Positions 26,458 to 41,646 of a DNA stretch of 56,936 nt are shown here, in pieces. Positions within the stretch are counted from its first letter, which is position 1. Every line of letters starts with the position of its first letter. The notes under the pieces were generated by a model. That model made no database searches. It was not told where the DNA came from and saw only the letters and a list, made by a program, of their open reading frames with translations. The position numbers and the translations under genes were made by a program. Origin of the DNA: Octopus bimaculoides (lineage: Eukaryota); the NCBI RefSeq assembly GCF_001194135.2, contig NC_068981.1, forward strand, positions 45,456,694 through 45,513,629. Direction: 5' to 3'.

Positions 26458-27954
26458 GTACGCACACATACGTATATATATAAAGAGAGAGAGAGATCTC
26501 GTTCTCCTTATATGATTCTCCTTGATCTTTTATTTCTGAAGACGAACAATGCTGTATACGGCAGCGTAATCCAGACTACTTTCACGAGATAAGCTAATGG
26601 ACTATCTTCGTACTCTTTGTTTCCGTTTTTCCTTTCTCTTGTATTTAGCTATGCATATTTACGTACATAGACTCATACATATAAATATAAATTATACAAG
26701 CTTGATTTAGATATACATCGCAAAATAATGTTCTTAACGCATGAATTCTACTAATGCAGTGCTCCTTCAAATATACATTTCGCCATGTTGTGTTTGGTTA
26801 AGTGTGATATAATTACAAGTGGTTTATTTCGACGGAACTATAAATTTCTGGATGTGAGAGCAACAGCGCATTCGTTCGACCACTGCAATAAATCCTTCCC
26901 ACTTTTAGAAATAACGAAAATATATCACTAATAATACCAACGGAATTGTCATGCTTTGAAACTACAAGTAATATGGTTAAAATATATAAAAATAATTTTT
27001 TGCATGTTTATATTGCATTATGAATCGACTAAATTTTACGTTGCTTTAATCATTGACACAGTAGACATTTTAATTTGAAATTCAGTATTTAATCTCTCAT
27101 ATAGTTTCGCCATAGTAGTTTTATTCTTTTGATATTCGTTTGCATAACCTCTTAAAATATTAGGAAATTTAATGTAAGACTACATAACTCTTAACTGGGT
27201 GTAAAAAAATGATGATAAATTTTCTTTCATTATGACGTTGTAGATAATTTTGCAATATTTTTATGGGCGACTAACTACTTAAGAAGGATTAGTATTAATA
27301 GTTTCTAAATGCTATGTGTAATTATCTAATAGCTAAGTTACATTGATTGCAGCTGTAAAACACTTCATATTTTTTTTGTGTTTTTTTTTGGGGGGGGGGG
27401 AATAAGGCGGTTGGATGAAAGTGAATATTAGGAGAAATATAAATGAATAAATGTAACCAATATGAATAAATTATGCATATTTAGTGGAAATTTTCAGTTA
27501 ATGAAGTTCTTCATTCGTCCGGCACATGTTTGATGATGAATAAAATTTTTATTGACATCCACTCGAAATTTATACAAAACACGACAAACACTCATTGAAT
27601 CGATGAATAGAGGCCTCGAATGCAACATCCCAATGGAGATATATAAATATTGTCCCTTTCACCATGAAGAAAGCTCAAAGGCTGCTCTTAACTAGAGAAG
27701 CTAATCACACAACACTCCAGTTCATTAAGCATTGCACAAAGCTTGAACCCTCAAAATCGCTCCAAATTTTGAGGCTTACTATTAGTAAGATTCCCTTCTG
27801 AAGAAAACGTCTCCTTAACACAGCTAAGACAGAAATACAATGTTAAAGCAAGAAAATTCTTCAAATCTTAACATTTTAAGCAAACATTGCATGGGTATAT
27901 ATGCACTTACGTAAACAATCACACATATATACGTACTTATGCGTACAATCACAA

Positions 27955-27992
<38 letters not shown>

Positions 27993-30750
27993 NNNNNNNN
28001 NNNNNNNNNNNNNNNNNNNNNNNNNNNNNNNNNNNNNNNNNNNNNNNNNNNNNNNNNNNNNNNNNNNNNNNNNNNNNNNNNNNNNNNNNNNNNNNNNNNN
28101 NNNNNNNNNNNNNNNNNNNNNNNNNNNNNNNNNNNNNNNNNNNNNNNNNNNNNNNNNNNNNNNNNNNNNNNNNNNNNNNNNNNNNNNNNNNNNNNNNNNN
28201 NNNNNNNNNNNNNNNNNNNNNNNNNNNNNNNNNNNNNNNNNNNNNNNNNNNNNNNNNNNNNNNNNNNNNNNNNNNNNNNNNNNNNNNNNNNNNNNNNNNN
28301 NNNNNNNNNNNNNNNNNNNNNNNNNNNNNNNNNNNNNNNNNNNNNNNNNNNNNNNNNNNTATATATATATATATATATACTTAATGTACGTATGCATATT
28401 CGCATGTAGGTGTGTGCATACATTACAATGTATTATATATATATAATTGTATCTGTGTGTTTCTACGTCTATGTTCGTGTGTATGTGTGTGAGATGGCAA
28501 ACGCCCACCCAGGTCTGAGTGTTAGAGACCATGATACTACAGTTGAAAATGTAGCAAGATGAAGTAGTGGGCGTGCGGGCTTGTGATTGGAAAATGTGTG
28601 CGAGTGATATTATGGCAATCTTTCTAGTGTACTTTTCTGAATGGGGTTTATAAAGAATGATTGGCATGAACTGCTCATTGTGAAATTAATATAAACCACG
28701 TTAAAAATGGTTATGCAATTTTAAAGTAGCGAATTATCGGAAACGAGTAACCAATTTAGTTTTCGTCTATTTAACGATAATTCCTGAATATATTACTTTT
28801 CCGATTTTCGTAAAGCACTTTGTTCATTTATATGAATGATGTGAAATTTATATAATTTTGAATAAGAAGTTACTGTGCTATAAACGACAATGCTGATTAC
28901 AAAGTGTTTTGACTTGGTTTCACTTTCTTTGCTGAAGTGACATGTCCATAGTTGTGGTTTTATACTAGAACCAGTTATAAAACTATAAATGAGAAAAAAT
29001 GTTTCTGAGAAATAAATCCTAGCTATTCGAATACATCTAGGCGCTGATTCAATTTCGGGTGGGAAGCCAAATGTTGAGCCTGACGTTCACGTAAACTTCA
29101 AGTTATACAGAGGCATAGGAACCCTATACGAAGCACTCAAAGGCGCCTGTCCAAGTCTACCTACGTATGACATTCCAAATATTAATCATTTGTAGAATGA
29201 ACTGCAGCAGATAAATGTAGTTTCGAAAGCTTCCTGCATTACACGTTCTAAAACACGGCAGCACATATGTCTAAGTCAGTATAAATTGGTCATGTAATAT
29301 GAAAAATATATAAAAATATCATAAGGTTTACGTTGATTTTCGGTAGCATTGGTAAAGCAAGTTCTTTGATCAGGATGGATCAGGGAAGGAAAACGTATTG
29401 TCGTCACAGTTATGAAGTTTCATTAACTTGAAAATATCGATTTGCTAACAGTACTTTGTTTCTGTGAAACATCAACCAGTTCACATTCATGTACAGTTTG
29501 TTGTTATCTTCACTTGCTTTTCATTGTTTACCTAAGCCACTCTACATGATGAATGGTATTGATGCAATTCCAAATGAAAGAAAGTGATTGCCATTTCCAA
29601 TCAGAAAATACACTAATTTGTAAAGTCAATATGTTCACCGATGTTACTGAATTATTCACTTAACAAGAGGAAATTATTGTTCCCTCCTTCAAAAGAAACA
29701 CCGTATCTTTCGCAAGAAATCAACTTAACTTTATCTATTCAAAAAATTTCTATTACCATATGATATCGTGCCCTAATGAATTATTATCCAGCGGCTATTA
29801 TTCAGTTATGGGTTTCTGATATAATTACATTTCTGTTTCAATCTATTTACTTTGGACGTTAATATTATTATGTTTCATAGTTAAAACTAATAATTAAAGA
29901 AATGTTGAAGCAGGAAATGGACGAAAACTTCATAGAAAGGCGTAATATTTGAAAACATTAAGTAAAAGAAACATTTTGACAGAAAATGCATTCAACAAGG
30001 AGGGACAAACAGTGTTGTAATACAAACACATGGCGCTCTACGAGTTTATAGAGGATTAAAATGACTTGAAACACGGTTTATGACAGATGTAATAAGTAAC
30101 AGCTATAAACTGATTATTCTTCTATTCACCATGTTATCTGCAGATGGATTTCGATCATGCTCGTTTAAAATCCTGCTGTTGTTTTAGTTGATTAGATCGA
30201 CGTCAGCAATATATCAGCGAAAGTTATCATAAAGGGAGCTATTAATTGTGTTGCTTTTCTAAGTCTTATTCAAAATGCTTAATTCAATTTCACTTTACAT
30301 TTCTTTAAATGGAATATAGCCAGAATTATTTTGGGATTCAGTTTCCAGTGGAAGCATTTGGGAAATTGGATTTGCATACTGAGAGATAAAAGAAAATTAT
30401 AACCAGCTTCAAGAGGCAGTTTTAAACTAATGTAAGTGTATACACGACTTAACTTAAAATAATAAAAAAAATATTTTGACGAGTGAAAACATAAATTGAT
30501 CGATACGTTTTTGGCATTAAACCAGTAGTATATTTACTATTTAATTGTTAAGGACGTTTCTGACGTCTCCTCAAATTTCATGGGAGAATAAATGGTGGTG
30601 CAGAGTTATCATATTCTGTACCTAAAGCTAATCTATTATATTACTGGATCCAGAGAAGATTTAATTGACACACATCATTAATATTATTACGAAAATCGGT
30701 GCAAGCGTTGGAATAAAGAGGTTCTACATTGCCACACACACATGACTACT

Positions 30751-30801
<51 letters not shown>

Positions 30802-32298
30802 ATGCAGCCACAAATACATATATATGTATACGTATATATTTCTAGTTGATGAATGGGTATTATACATAGACACATACATACACATACACAATCTGTTCAC
30901 ATGTCATTGTTTAAACCTAGATCATGTTCACATATCCTTATTAATCCTCCGTATGTATATTTAAACAATAGCGTTCCTACGTTCATTAGTCCATTAATGT
31001 TCCATGACGTTCTTGCTTGTACCATGATAATGAAATGTGTTTATTAATGGTTTTTGTTTTTTCTTTGTGCTCTCTCCAATAGTACGCAACAGAGTTTTCT
31101 TTAATAATACGACTAATACACTCTTTAATACTAGATTTGAAAATTATACATTGGTTAGGCAGAGGTCATTTTCATGATTGTTTTCCGTGTAATTTATTTG
31201 TCTTTATATTTTTGAACTTTTGCTAATAGTAGATGGCCTGTAATTATTAATACTCCAAGTATAATTCTATAAACGAAGCGAAAGCTTTCGATGATGCCAC
31301 GTAATATATTTCTAATTTTATTTCGAGTAGTTTATTAAACAATTTGTGATAACATCTTGATGTTAATGGAAGGTAAAAGAAATAAAATAAAACAAAAATC
31401 TGTTTAACATTGTGAATAAAATCGGCCCTAAAAGAAATTCGTTTCGATAAATATTCCGACACCGTTAGCCTTAGTGTAAGGTCTGGCCTGAAAATATTTT
31501 CAGGATAATTTTGTACTTCAACATTTTATTGCCGATAAATAAATTACTAACCATGTGATGGTGCAGCCATGCATTACAAGCTAGATATTTCACGACCTAA
31601 GTTTAACGAGGTGTCACAGTATATCTGTGTTTGCACTGCGTGTACAAAGGAATAGAAATCTACTTCCGTAAACACACTCTTTATCGCAAATTCAAAGTGT
31701 GAGTGTATATGTGTATGTGTGTGTTTGTGTGTGTATTTGTATATACATATGTACATATATATATACTCATATATGTATTATCATATATGCATACATACAT
31801 ATGAGTAAGAGATTTCGTTAAAGAAAAAGGTTCTAAGAGTGTGAGCTTTTATGAATTCATAGCAGGTATTCTTTACAATATACAAGCTTGGTTGAAACTA
31901 TCATAAGCAAAATCATGCATATGAGTTACATAGTCCTAATATCTGCCAACTTGAAATGATTATACTTGCATATTTGGACTGAAGTATATGAGTCGGAATA
32001 CATCATTCAATATTTTGTTCATGTTAATTCATTGGCAACATATCTTTCCTGAATATCCACCCATACTATAATAATTAGTATGAAACGTATATTGATAGAT
32101 CTGCAATAACATAAGATTGAGGAGTATTGTGGCTCTCAGAATTTCATGTAGTAAATATCTCTTTCCACATCGTAAATCTTTATCAAATATTCTAACTCAA
32201 ATTCAAATATATCGATGAAATTACACCCTAGAATGTATTCAAAATCTATTATGTATAAATGAAAATATTCGTTATTTGCAAATATTGAGTCAATAAAT

Positions 32299-32329
<31 letters not shown>

Positions 32330-32935
32330 CACACAAACACACATACACAAACACACACACACACACGCATACACACACACACACACAAACACACACACAG
32401 ACACCATTATATGTTTGCGAGGGTACGAAACAAATCTTATTTTCAAGAAGTAGAGAATGTTATATGAGACATTCGCTTTAGATTCGGTTATCTGCAAAAA
32501 AAAAATCTACACGTTTACGCAATTGCAATCAATGCATAACCATAGTTGCTATAAATGAAAAATTGTTCAGTAAGGTGGCTTTGGCACGGTAAGTGGGACA
32601 TCAACATGTGTTTTAGTACGTTACTTTTTCTTTTTAGAGTTTTTNNNNNNNNNNNNNNNNNNNNNNNNNNNNNNNNNNNNNNNNNNNNNNNNNNNNNNNN
32701 NNNNNNNNNNNNNNNNNNNNNNNNNNNNNNNNNNNNNNNNNNNNNNNNNNNNNNNNNNNNNNNNNNNNNNNNNNNNNNNNNNNNNNNNNNNNNNNNNNNN
32801 NNNNNNNNNNNNNNNNNNNNNNNNNNNNNNNNNNNNNNNNNNNNNNNNNNNNNNNNNNNNNNNNNNNNNNNNNNNNNNNNNNNNNNNNNNNNNNNNNNNN
32901 NNNNNNNNNNNNNNNNNNNNNNNNNNNNNNNNNNT

Positions 32936-32996
<61 letters not shown>

Positions 32997-35106
32997 GTGT
33001 GTAGATTTTCACTTGTTATAATTTTCTTTTCAAGTATTAATTTGTAGTGAAGTATCTCAGCCCAAAGCACATTTATGCGTTGCAGATTAGCATTCAGTCG
33101 TATGCATGGAGCCAATTTTGAATCATATGTCATTCCATAAATACAGAGTGCAAGTATTCACATTCTGATTCGGAACGGTTTACAGATAATTCGTTAATTA
33201 TTCTTCTATTATATAACTAGACGATATGGCGTCATATTTTCATTGAAGCCTCATATGAACCTATTGACATGTTACGAGAACCTTACGAGAAACCTTTTGG
33301 CATATGATGAAAACTGAAAAGAAATCATGCCAAGAAAAATTATTTAGAGTATTATTGCGAGGTTTAATGATCAGTAATGTTATGTTTCTAAAAAACAAAA
33401 TTATTCAATTATTTGTAATGTTGCCAATAGAAATATGCATGCCATTTATATATTCTATTTTCTCGTGAATATTAGATACATTTTCTTCATAACATTCGTA
33501 CACCTATAAGTAAATTGTCACGTTTATTTTACTGTCTTTTTATTTCATGAAACGAAGTTTGATATATGGAAGATATAATTTAACTTTCCGTCAGCCACAC
33601 ATGTAGGGATCCTGTTATATAGTCTCACATTTCAACGTAAATATATTACGAATTTTAAACAGCACATATAGATATAATTTACATGTGTGTCATTAATAAT
33701 CACAAACTCACTACGAAGTATTACACACGCACGCATGCTTGCATATTTATATATACAGAGAGAGTGAGTGAGAGTGAGAGAGACAGATAGGGGGGAAATG
33801 CACATATATGTATATTTTTATACATAAGTACGCGTATAAGAATATATATATATAGCCATATTCATATATATGTGTGTACAATATATACATATGTACATAC
33901 ACACACATATGTGTGTATGTGTATATACGTGTTCGTGATTGAATGTATGTATAGAAACATACGTACACACTGTGTATATACATAATATATAAACTACACA
34001 TATAATGCAAAACAGCCTACAGACTGCGATAGTATATAAAATGGAAATATTTCGGTGCGGCCCGTTATAGTATGATTTGTCGTCCGGTACTTTCCGCTGT
34101 CCTATGGCTGTTCGATAGTATATATAGTCGTACAGTAAAGGCACACACTGCAAACACACTATTGATTTATTATTTGTATATCTGTGGGAATATGAGTGCA
34201 TGTATATGTGTTTATTCTTGGTAATTGAAAAAAACGCTATTACCTTAGTAACTGTATATTAAAAAAAGTATTAAGTTTATTGTACATGTTTATAACAGAT
34301 GTGTTTACAGCATATAACTAATGTAGTAATTCTGTAAACATGTGATAAAGTTGTGCTGAATTATTTGCAAAGAGTTGATATTTTTCGTATAGTGTTGCTG
34401 GTGGAAAATATGTTCAAGACATTACTCAGGCATTTACGTAATAAAATGGGAGCTATAAAAAATATGCTTATCAGCTAGTAAATCTCAAACATTTTCTGAG
34501 GCAGCTGTATTATATCTCACACTGCAAATAATTAACGTTGCCTTCAGAATTTATTGTGAGTTATAAGCATCAAGAGAATATCTTTTTACAGAGCCTAGTG
34601 CATATTCATTGCAAATTGAATAATGTAATGAAATTAAAAATAAAATGTAATTTCAAAAGAACAGGGTGAAAATAATTTGAAGTGTCTTAGAAGCAAATGG
34701 ACACAACAGGTAACAAATAAAATATTTCGAAGAACATAAATATCTTAATTCTTTTAATGCCAACAATTGCTATATCCCTTAAGTAAAATATATTTTGTTG
34801 AGTGCTCAAACAATAATAATATTAATCTGCTTTCTTTTCTTCTAAACGTGTAATGAATCCTTTTTCGGGCTATATTACTCGCCTTAAATTTTAGAGAGTG
34901 AGTAGCAAATACTTGGCTGAAAATGTTTTCCTTTCTAAACTTATAAAGACTTCGTTAAAATTTGGAATAAAGTAATGACAGATAATTGATCTACTGAAAT
35001 AATGATATGGATCAAAAACTACTCCTCTCTTTCTGATTGCACAAAGAGATAAGAGTCGTTACAGTATCATCAACAAAAACAAAATTCATGCACTACAAAG
35101 CCTAAA

Positions 35107-35107
<1 letters not shown>

Positions 35108-35172
<65 letters not shown>

Positions 35173-35173
35173 G
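35108..35173. repeat. (CTA)n microsatellite
   Basis: Read directly. Confidence 0.97.
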
Positions 35174-38100
35174 ATATTGCTGTTGCAAAATCATTCATTC
35201 GTCGAAATTTTTTGCTTGTGATACTGATACCGACCAGCGTTAGTATATAACGTTGCGAGTAAAGTAAGATGCGGAGTTGAAACATGAATGCTGCCCCTTT
35301 TATCAAGTATAAATCATGGAATTTGTCTTCTGTTTCAATTAATTGAAGTTAAACCGCCAAATTTACACAGTACTAGACCAAATAATATTTTTTATAAAAT
35401 GATTGATATAACTACCACTATCATTCGTTGTCGGAGCGTACCAGCATGAAAAAATGCGATAGGTTTTCATGTGTTTCATTAGGGTTACATATGTCCAAAC
35501 AAGAAACATTTTAATCTGTTTCCACAATTGCTAGTACTGAGGGTCATAACAAAGAAACTTACAAGATATTTATAGGTTTACACTGGAACCGAATTAAAGG
35601 AAATGAACATAATGATATATACATCATGCAAATTCTAATAATATTCTTAGAGAAAGTCTGACATCAGACTATATCAACTTAGACTAGAATACCAGAGGTA
35701 GCATTACCTTTCCCAAGGAAGAAATGTCTTTTCTCAAGTTGTCATTTCTCAAACTACAAGCATGGGAAAAGAATATCCATGTTCACTTGAGCGCTTGTCA
35801 CCACACTCACATTTCGCCATGCTTATTAACACATTTCATACTCATCAAGTGTGATAGAAATCAATAAATAGAAATTTTGTCGAAGTGTTATGCCTGCATT
35901 CTGTCATTTCAAACGCAACAAGCTCTTAGTAAAAAATCATAACATGAAAGATAAAACATAGTAATCTGTGAAATATTTGTACCTGTACCACAAAATATTA
36001 TTTTACGGCATCTTAGTCAAGCAACAAACAAGGTATATTCTGATTAGTCATATCATGTGTGTAATAAAAGGTGCCGTCCTTTGTTTCTATAAACGACTAC
36101 AGTATAAGCAGTATACGCGCATATAAGTGTGCATATGTATGTATGTGTGTGTGAGAGCGAGAGGGAGAGAGTGTATGCGTGTGTGTGTGTGTGTGTGTGC
36201 TTGTGAAAAACTGTATACTTTTAAAATGTTTTGATGATCAGTTGCATACAAATGAATTTCCGATAATATATATTCCTTATAAGGCTAGTCATTTTTGTTT
36301 TCTTTGAACACTGTTCGCTAATCCCACGTAAACGTCTTGAAGCTTACTGCTATCTGTATCGCAAACACCAATGTGAATTGGCCCTTCAGGTGCAACATGA
36401 AGGTATGAAAAACTGTGAGGTCTGTGCTGGAGAGATACGTCTGTTAACAGTCCTTCCAATCGTGTCTACAGCACACCAAATAACATAATAATTACAACTA
36501 CACAGATTTACAAAATATTTTCGATCCTGTAACGTAGTAGATTATCTGTCATGGGTATAAAATAAAGAGGACATTTAAAATAGTCTAACATCTGCTTGGC
36601 ACAAAACATTAAGAGCAAGAATCTGCCTCAATTCCTTAGCGCATGATTCCGAAATAGTGAAGAAATATAAAATATTGTGATAGTCTAGTGGTCGACTATA
36701 TAAGTATGAATTTTCAGTAATCTATATGCGTGTAATAATTTAATTGAATATTTATGCTCTCATCTTATTCAGAAATATTGAGAACATTTTTAAAAATTAT
36801 TCTTTGCATCAATTTTATACAGATTTTGAAAGCATAAATCAATCAAATGTGTTTTTAATTAACCTTACACGGTAAAAAAATATTTCGAAATCCTTCAGGC
36901 AAAAATACAAACGTCCACACATTACACACATATACACTCACTAACAGTCGGCTGAAATGTATATGTGTATCTACATATAGGCACGCGCAAACACACACGC
37001 ACCTACAAGCAAATTCACACGCATATAAATATATACATATATATATTTATATGAATACACACACACACGTATTTTGTATGTATGTAAGTATGTATGTATG
37101 TATGCACGTATATATATATATATATATATATATGACATCGAAGTGTCAGTGAACAATTTATGTCTCATTGACCATGATAATTCATGCAAGATGACAAGAT
37201 ATGTTAAATAATCGGAGCGTGCTTAATAACCACAATTAAAGTTGATTGCTTTACTGACGTACAATGGTAGAACTAGTAATATATAAGTTTAAATAAATTG
37301 TTATATATCTTTACACTTTATTTACATATTTATATCAGACCAGTCGAAAATGAGTGTATAGTAATGAAGCCACACATTTTTGAAATACAGAACAGTCAAT
37401 TATAAATACTTTCTAAAATATGTCTGGAACCTTGCTTTAGACGGAGGAGAAAATTTAAGTGACTTGTGTGTATATATATATATATGTGCGCGCGCGAGTG
37501 TGATTGTTTTTCTGTAAGTGTTTATTTGTGTGTGCGTAAATATGCATAAATCTTTGTTGCATATATCTATATTGAGTTGGTGCATAATCATTGCAGCTTT
37601 TTTCAATAAATGTTATTCAACAAAAACAATAACATGTAACAAAAACAACTTTAAATGATTATTCAGTAGCATATTCACCATCTACTTCAATTACTGCATC
37701 CCATTTGCTTGGCAGACAGTCAGACCATCATTTAAAGATATTTTTGTTAAATATTGCTATTGCTTTTGGTCAATAAAATGTGTTGAAGAAAAGCCGCAAT
37801 GATTATGCACCAACCCAATAAAGCGAGTCTAAAATATTTATTTTCATATGCAGAGCAACTGTAACCAATATATGATATATTTATAACCTCTAAGAAATTG
37901 AAATATCTCAAATAATAGCTATGCATTTTTCACTACCGATTATTAAAGCAATTAAGAATATCACACAACTTGACACTATAAAAGCGAACATTCTTCAAAA
38001 AATTATTATTAACGTGAAGAACAATGTATTTTTTTAATACAAATAATAAATGAGTATATGCATATATACGTACATGTATGTACATACCTACATCTACATG

Positions 38101-38900
38101 TACATATAGATGCATATCTGGGTACAGGACGTTGGAAAAAAACGTGGACAAAATGATAAACAGAGTACAGAGAACACACAGGCCACATAGTGAACATTTC
38201 CTTCATCAGCTGCCACCATTCTAAAACTAAGCATTTCGAAGAGTTAGGGCAGGACGCATCGTTAGAATGGCTCTTCCCACGGATCAAAAATTGAATTTGT
38301 ACGATAGAGGAATGTAGTGGCGGACAGAAAATAAGACAGGAAAACGAAACAGTGAAAACAAACGAAATAGGCTATACGGCCAGACGTGAAAAAAACATGT
38401 GTATACTGAAAGCTGTGAAGCAACGAACTGGAAGGAAGCGGGTCGAAGAATGTTCGGGTGCCTGCTTGGTGATAGCCAAGATAAGAAAGGAAGTAGTGGC
38501 TGGACACATGTGACCAGCGAGGGGTAAGGAGAAAGAGTGGTAGAGGGAGAAAAAGGGGAGGAAGTAGAATATAAGTCAGCAACGAGAGACAGGGAGGAGG
38601 AGAAATATATAGTAGTAACAGAAGGAAGAACGGGAGGGGGAGAAAGATACAAAGATTGTGAGTTTATATGTGTGTCAATCTCAGAGTGTAACTTTTAGGG
38701 TAACAACTGCGACGGATTCTCGACATATAATGTACAAATGTTAATTCTTACCAAAGTGTATTTGAGGAAACTTTACTCCAATAATGAATCAAGACGATTC
38801 AAGACTACAAATGAATACACAAAACTATATATACGTCATAGACATACATATGGACAAAAACATGTAGAGACTTAGGCACATACATGCCTAGATATATAGG

Positions 38901-38902
<2 letters not shown>

Positions 38903-38972
<70 letters not shown>

Positions 38973-38975
38973 CGT
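38903..38975. repeat. (TG)n microsatellite
   Basis: Read directly. Confidence 0.97.
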
Positions 38976-40237
38976 GCACGTATGTATAGGCACACCTATT
39001 GACATGTTTTGAGATGGTGTTAAAAAACTGAATTGAAAATATTTGGTTGAAACTGAAGTTAATGAAACAATCATTTATGAGGAAAATGAATTTTTTTCGT
39101 TCTGTTTATTCTATTTTATTTATAAAAAGCGTTGTGACCACGTAATTTCCTTGCGGTCAAATTCATTGATGTTCAATGTATTTTTAATTAAAATGGAATG
39201 TAATTAGATCACTATGGCAAGTTGTGAGATGCGCACATGCTTACATATGTGTGTGTGTATATATATATGTATGCATATGCTTGAGGTTGTGTCTCCCTGC
39301 TTGCATAAACGTTAAGATATTTGTGTAAGTATATATACATATATATGTATGTGGTGGTGCTTTTCCGTTTGTGTGTTAACGTGTTTGCATGTATGCATGT
39401 GTGTGTAACAAACGTCTTGGTGTTGCTTAGAAATATGTGAACATGACGGAAACCACCATGAATAACATATATCGATTTTCTGATATTAACCAAGGTAACA
39501 AATAATGTGAGGAGAGTACTATCTACTGCATCAAGTTTGTTACATATTTTCGCTGTATTCTATCGTCCGGTAAGAGATCGATTAATATAACAACATTGCA
39601 ATATATGTATCCTATATGATAACGCAATAAAGCTAAATGTAATTAATTTATTCTTATGCTGTAAGGAGAAAAATCCTGTGGGTAAATGACTAATATTAAT
39701 TATTTTATCTTAGAGTAACAAGGACGAGCAAAACCTGCAGGGCATATTTTAGCCATATTCTTGACATTTCTCAAGAAAGCTTAGCTATCTGCATACTCAT
39801 AAGTTCAGTGATTAAAGATCATTTTGTTCATGCAATGAAAATACACTAGAGGGCTCTACTAACATATCTGAATTCGAAGGCAATAGTCTATTGTTACTAT
39901 CTTCATCTCACATAAATGTCTAGATAATGTATCATATAAAATGTATTGAAGAAATGAAAATCTAATCAATTAAAATACACCAAGTAGAAAAAAAGAAACA
40001 TTACCCTAATGAAAATATTGCTTTAAACTAATTTTGCAAGTACGGGTGATAAGTCTGTGCATCGTTTATACGTAATAGACTCTTAGCAACAAAAAACACT
40101 CTCAGTCGTATTATGACCCACGTTGGACTCTTTATTCGTATCATTATCGAGCCTGGAGCTTAACTATGATCTATCCATAGCACTTAGCGTTTACCCGATA
40201 CCATTTGGGTCTTCGTGACACCAGTGCCCTTCATAAA

Positions 40238-40281
<44 letters not shown>

Positions 40282-40420
40282 TTACGTATAATTGTCTCAC
40301 TTTTTCTTCTCACTTATACACACACACACACATGCATACATACATGCAAATGTGTTTATGTGTGTGTTTGTGTATGTGTGTGTGTATGTGTGTGTGTATG
40401 TGTGTGTGCTTGTTTCTGCG

Positions 40421-40508
40421 TGTGTTTAGTCCCATATAAGTCCTTCCACGGACACACTAGTTTCAGTTAGAGAATGGTTGTCGTCTTAGAGCAACCCCGC
40501 CTTGTGCT
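40421..40508 (+). repeat. 88-bp repeat, copy 1, lying between (TG)n and (CA)n tracts
   Basis: Ungapped manual alignment to 41157-41244 gives 73/88 identities. Confidence 0.85.
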
Positions 40509-40540
40509 ACTCGCCATAATGACCAAACGAGCACGCGCGG

Positions 40541-40601
<61 letters not shown>

Positions 40602-41156
40602 GGCACACACAAGTGCGTATGTATGTGTGTGTGTTTGTGTTTTATGGGTATGTATGTGTGCATGTATATAGCAATATGGAGAGATATATCGACTAGAAGA
40701 CGGTAAAGGGATAAATATATATATATTACCAACGAACACACACACACTCATACACACACTCACGCACACACACACATACACACACACATACACACACACA
40801 CACACACATGTATGTATATAGATAACGTCATTGCCAGCGTGAGGCTTAAACCGTCTCATCACTATAACCTGGAGTTTAGTTGACAAGTGTCGTTTCACGT
40901 GAGAGTTGAGTGATCTAAAGTTAACATTCTAAATATAAGTGATATTTTCGAGTTAAAATATAGAATTATGTAATTGTGAATAGATTAAAAGTTAATTTAA
41001 GAGAGGGCAAGAAACAAAGAATAATTAAAATAGAAAAGAATATGATGTTTACTAAGCCAGCAGGTTATTCTCATTCATAGCAGAAATAAATTCCGCATAA
41101 TTATTTCACTTTCTTCTTCTCAATTATATATATATATNNNNNNNNNNGTGTGTGTG

Positions 41157-41244
41157 TGTGTTTAGTTGCATACAAGTCCTTCCACGGGTACACTAGATTC
41201 CGTTACTGAACGGTTGTGATCTTAGAGGAACCCCGTCTTGTGTT
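41157..41244 (+). repeat. 88-bp repeat, copy 2, lying between (TG)n and (CA)n tracts
   Basis: See copy 1. Confidence 0.85.
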
Positions 41245-41317
41245 GTGTACCACACAAAACCAGTCACAGACACATACATACACATCCTGATATATATACA
41301 TATACATACATACTCAA

Positions 41318-41348
<31 letters not shown>

Positions 41349-41518
41349 CATACATACATACATATATATGTATGCGTGAATTCGTGTGTGTGCTTTTATG
41401 CGTGCGTTTGCGTACACATTGAGACAAACGTACACATACACACATGCATACATACATGTGTATGCGCACACACACTGACCCACAAACAAACGCAGCTTGA
41501 ATAAAGGACAGTGTCAAC

Positions 41519-41646
41519 AACTATTGAAAAGGTAACATAACGCAACGAAAATTTTAGAAAAATATATTAGTAAATGCGTGAAAGTTTTACGGTTAGTATG
41601 TTAAATTATAAGTCACTAAAAGAGAATGACTCTCTCCAGACACAAC
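41519..41646. mobile_element. Half copy of the fold-back MITE family (see 53077-53313)
   Basis: actattgaaa..cgcaacgaaaattttagaaaa..gttaaattataag..aatgactctctccagacacaac matches one arm of the 53077 element. Confidence 0.8.

Noticed and set aside
27560-27815. Possible Penelope GIY-YIG C-terminus with a ctgaaga..aaacgtc ribozyme relic
   Set aside because: Similarity is too weak to support by eye and stem II is absent.
28560-28670. GC-box, two ATTGG (CCAAT) motifs and a TATA-like tttataaa as a promoter
   Set aside because: These are short motifs expected by chance, with no downstream gene evidence.
36300-36490. About 60-codon open frame (FEHCSLIPRKRLEAYCYLYRK...)
   Set aside because: No recognisable domain and no consistent acceptor/donor pair.
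38130-38660. Purine-rich segment with minus-strand CTGATGA and overlapping ORFs, possibly a Penelope remnant
   Set aside because: No GAAA follows stem II, and the peptide hints fall on conflicting strands.
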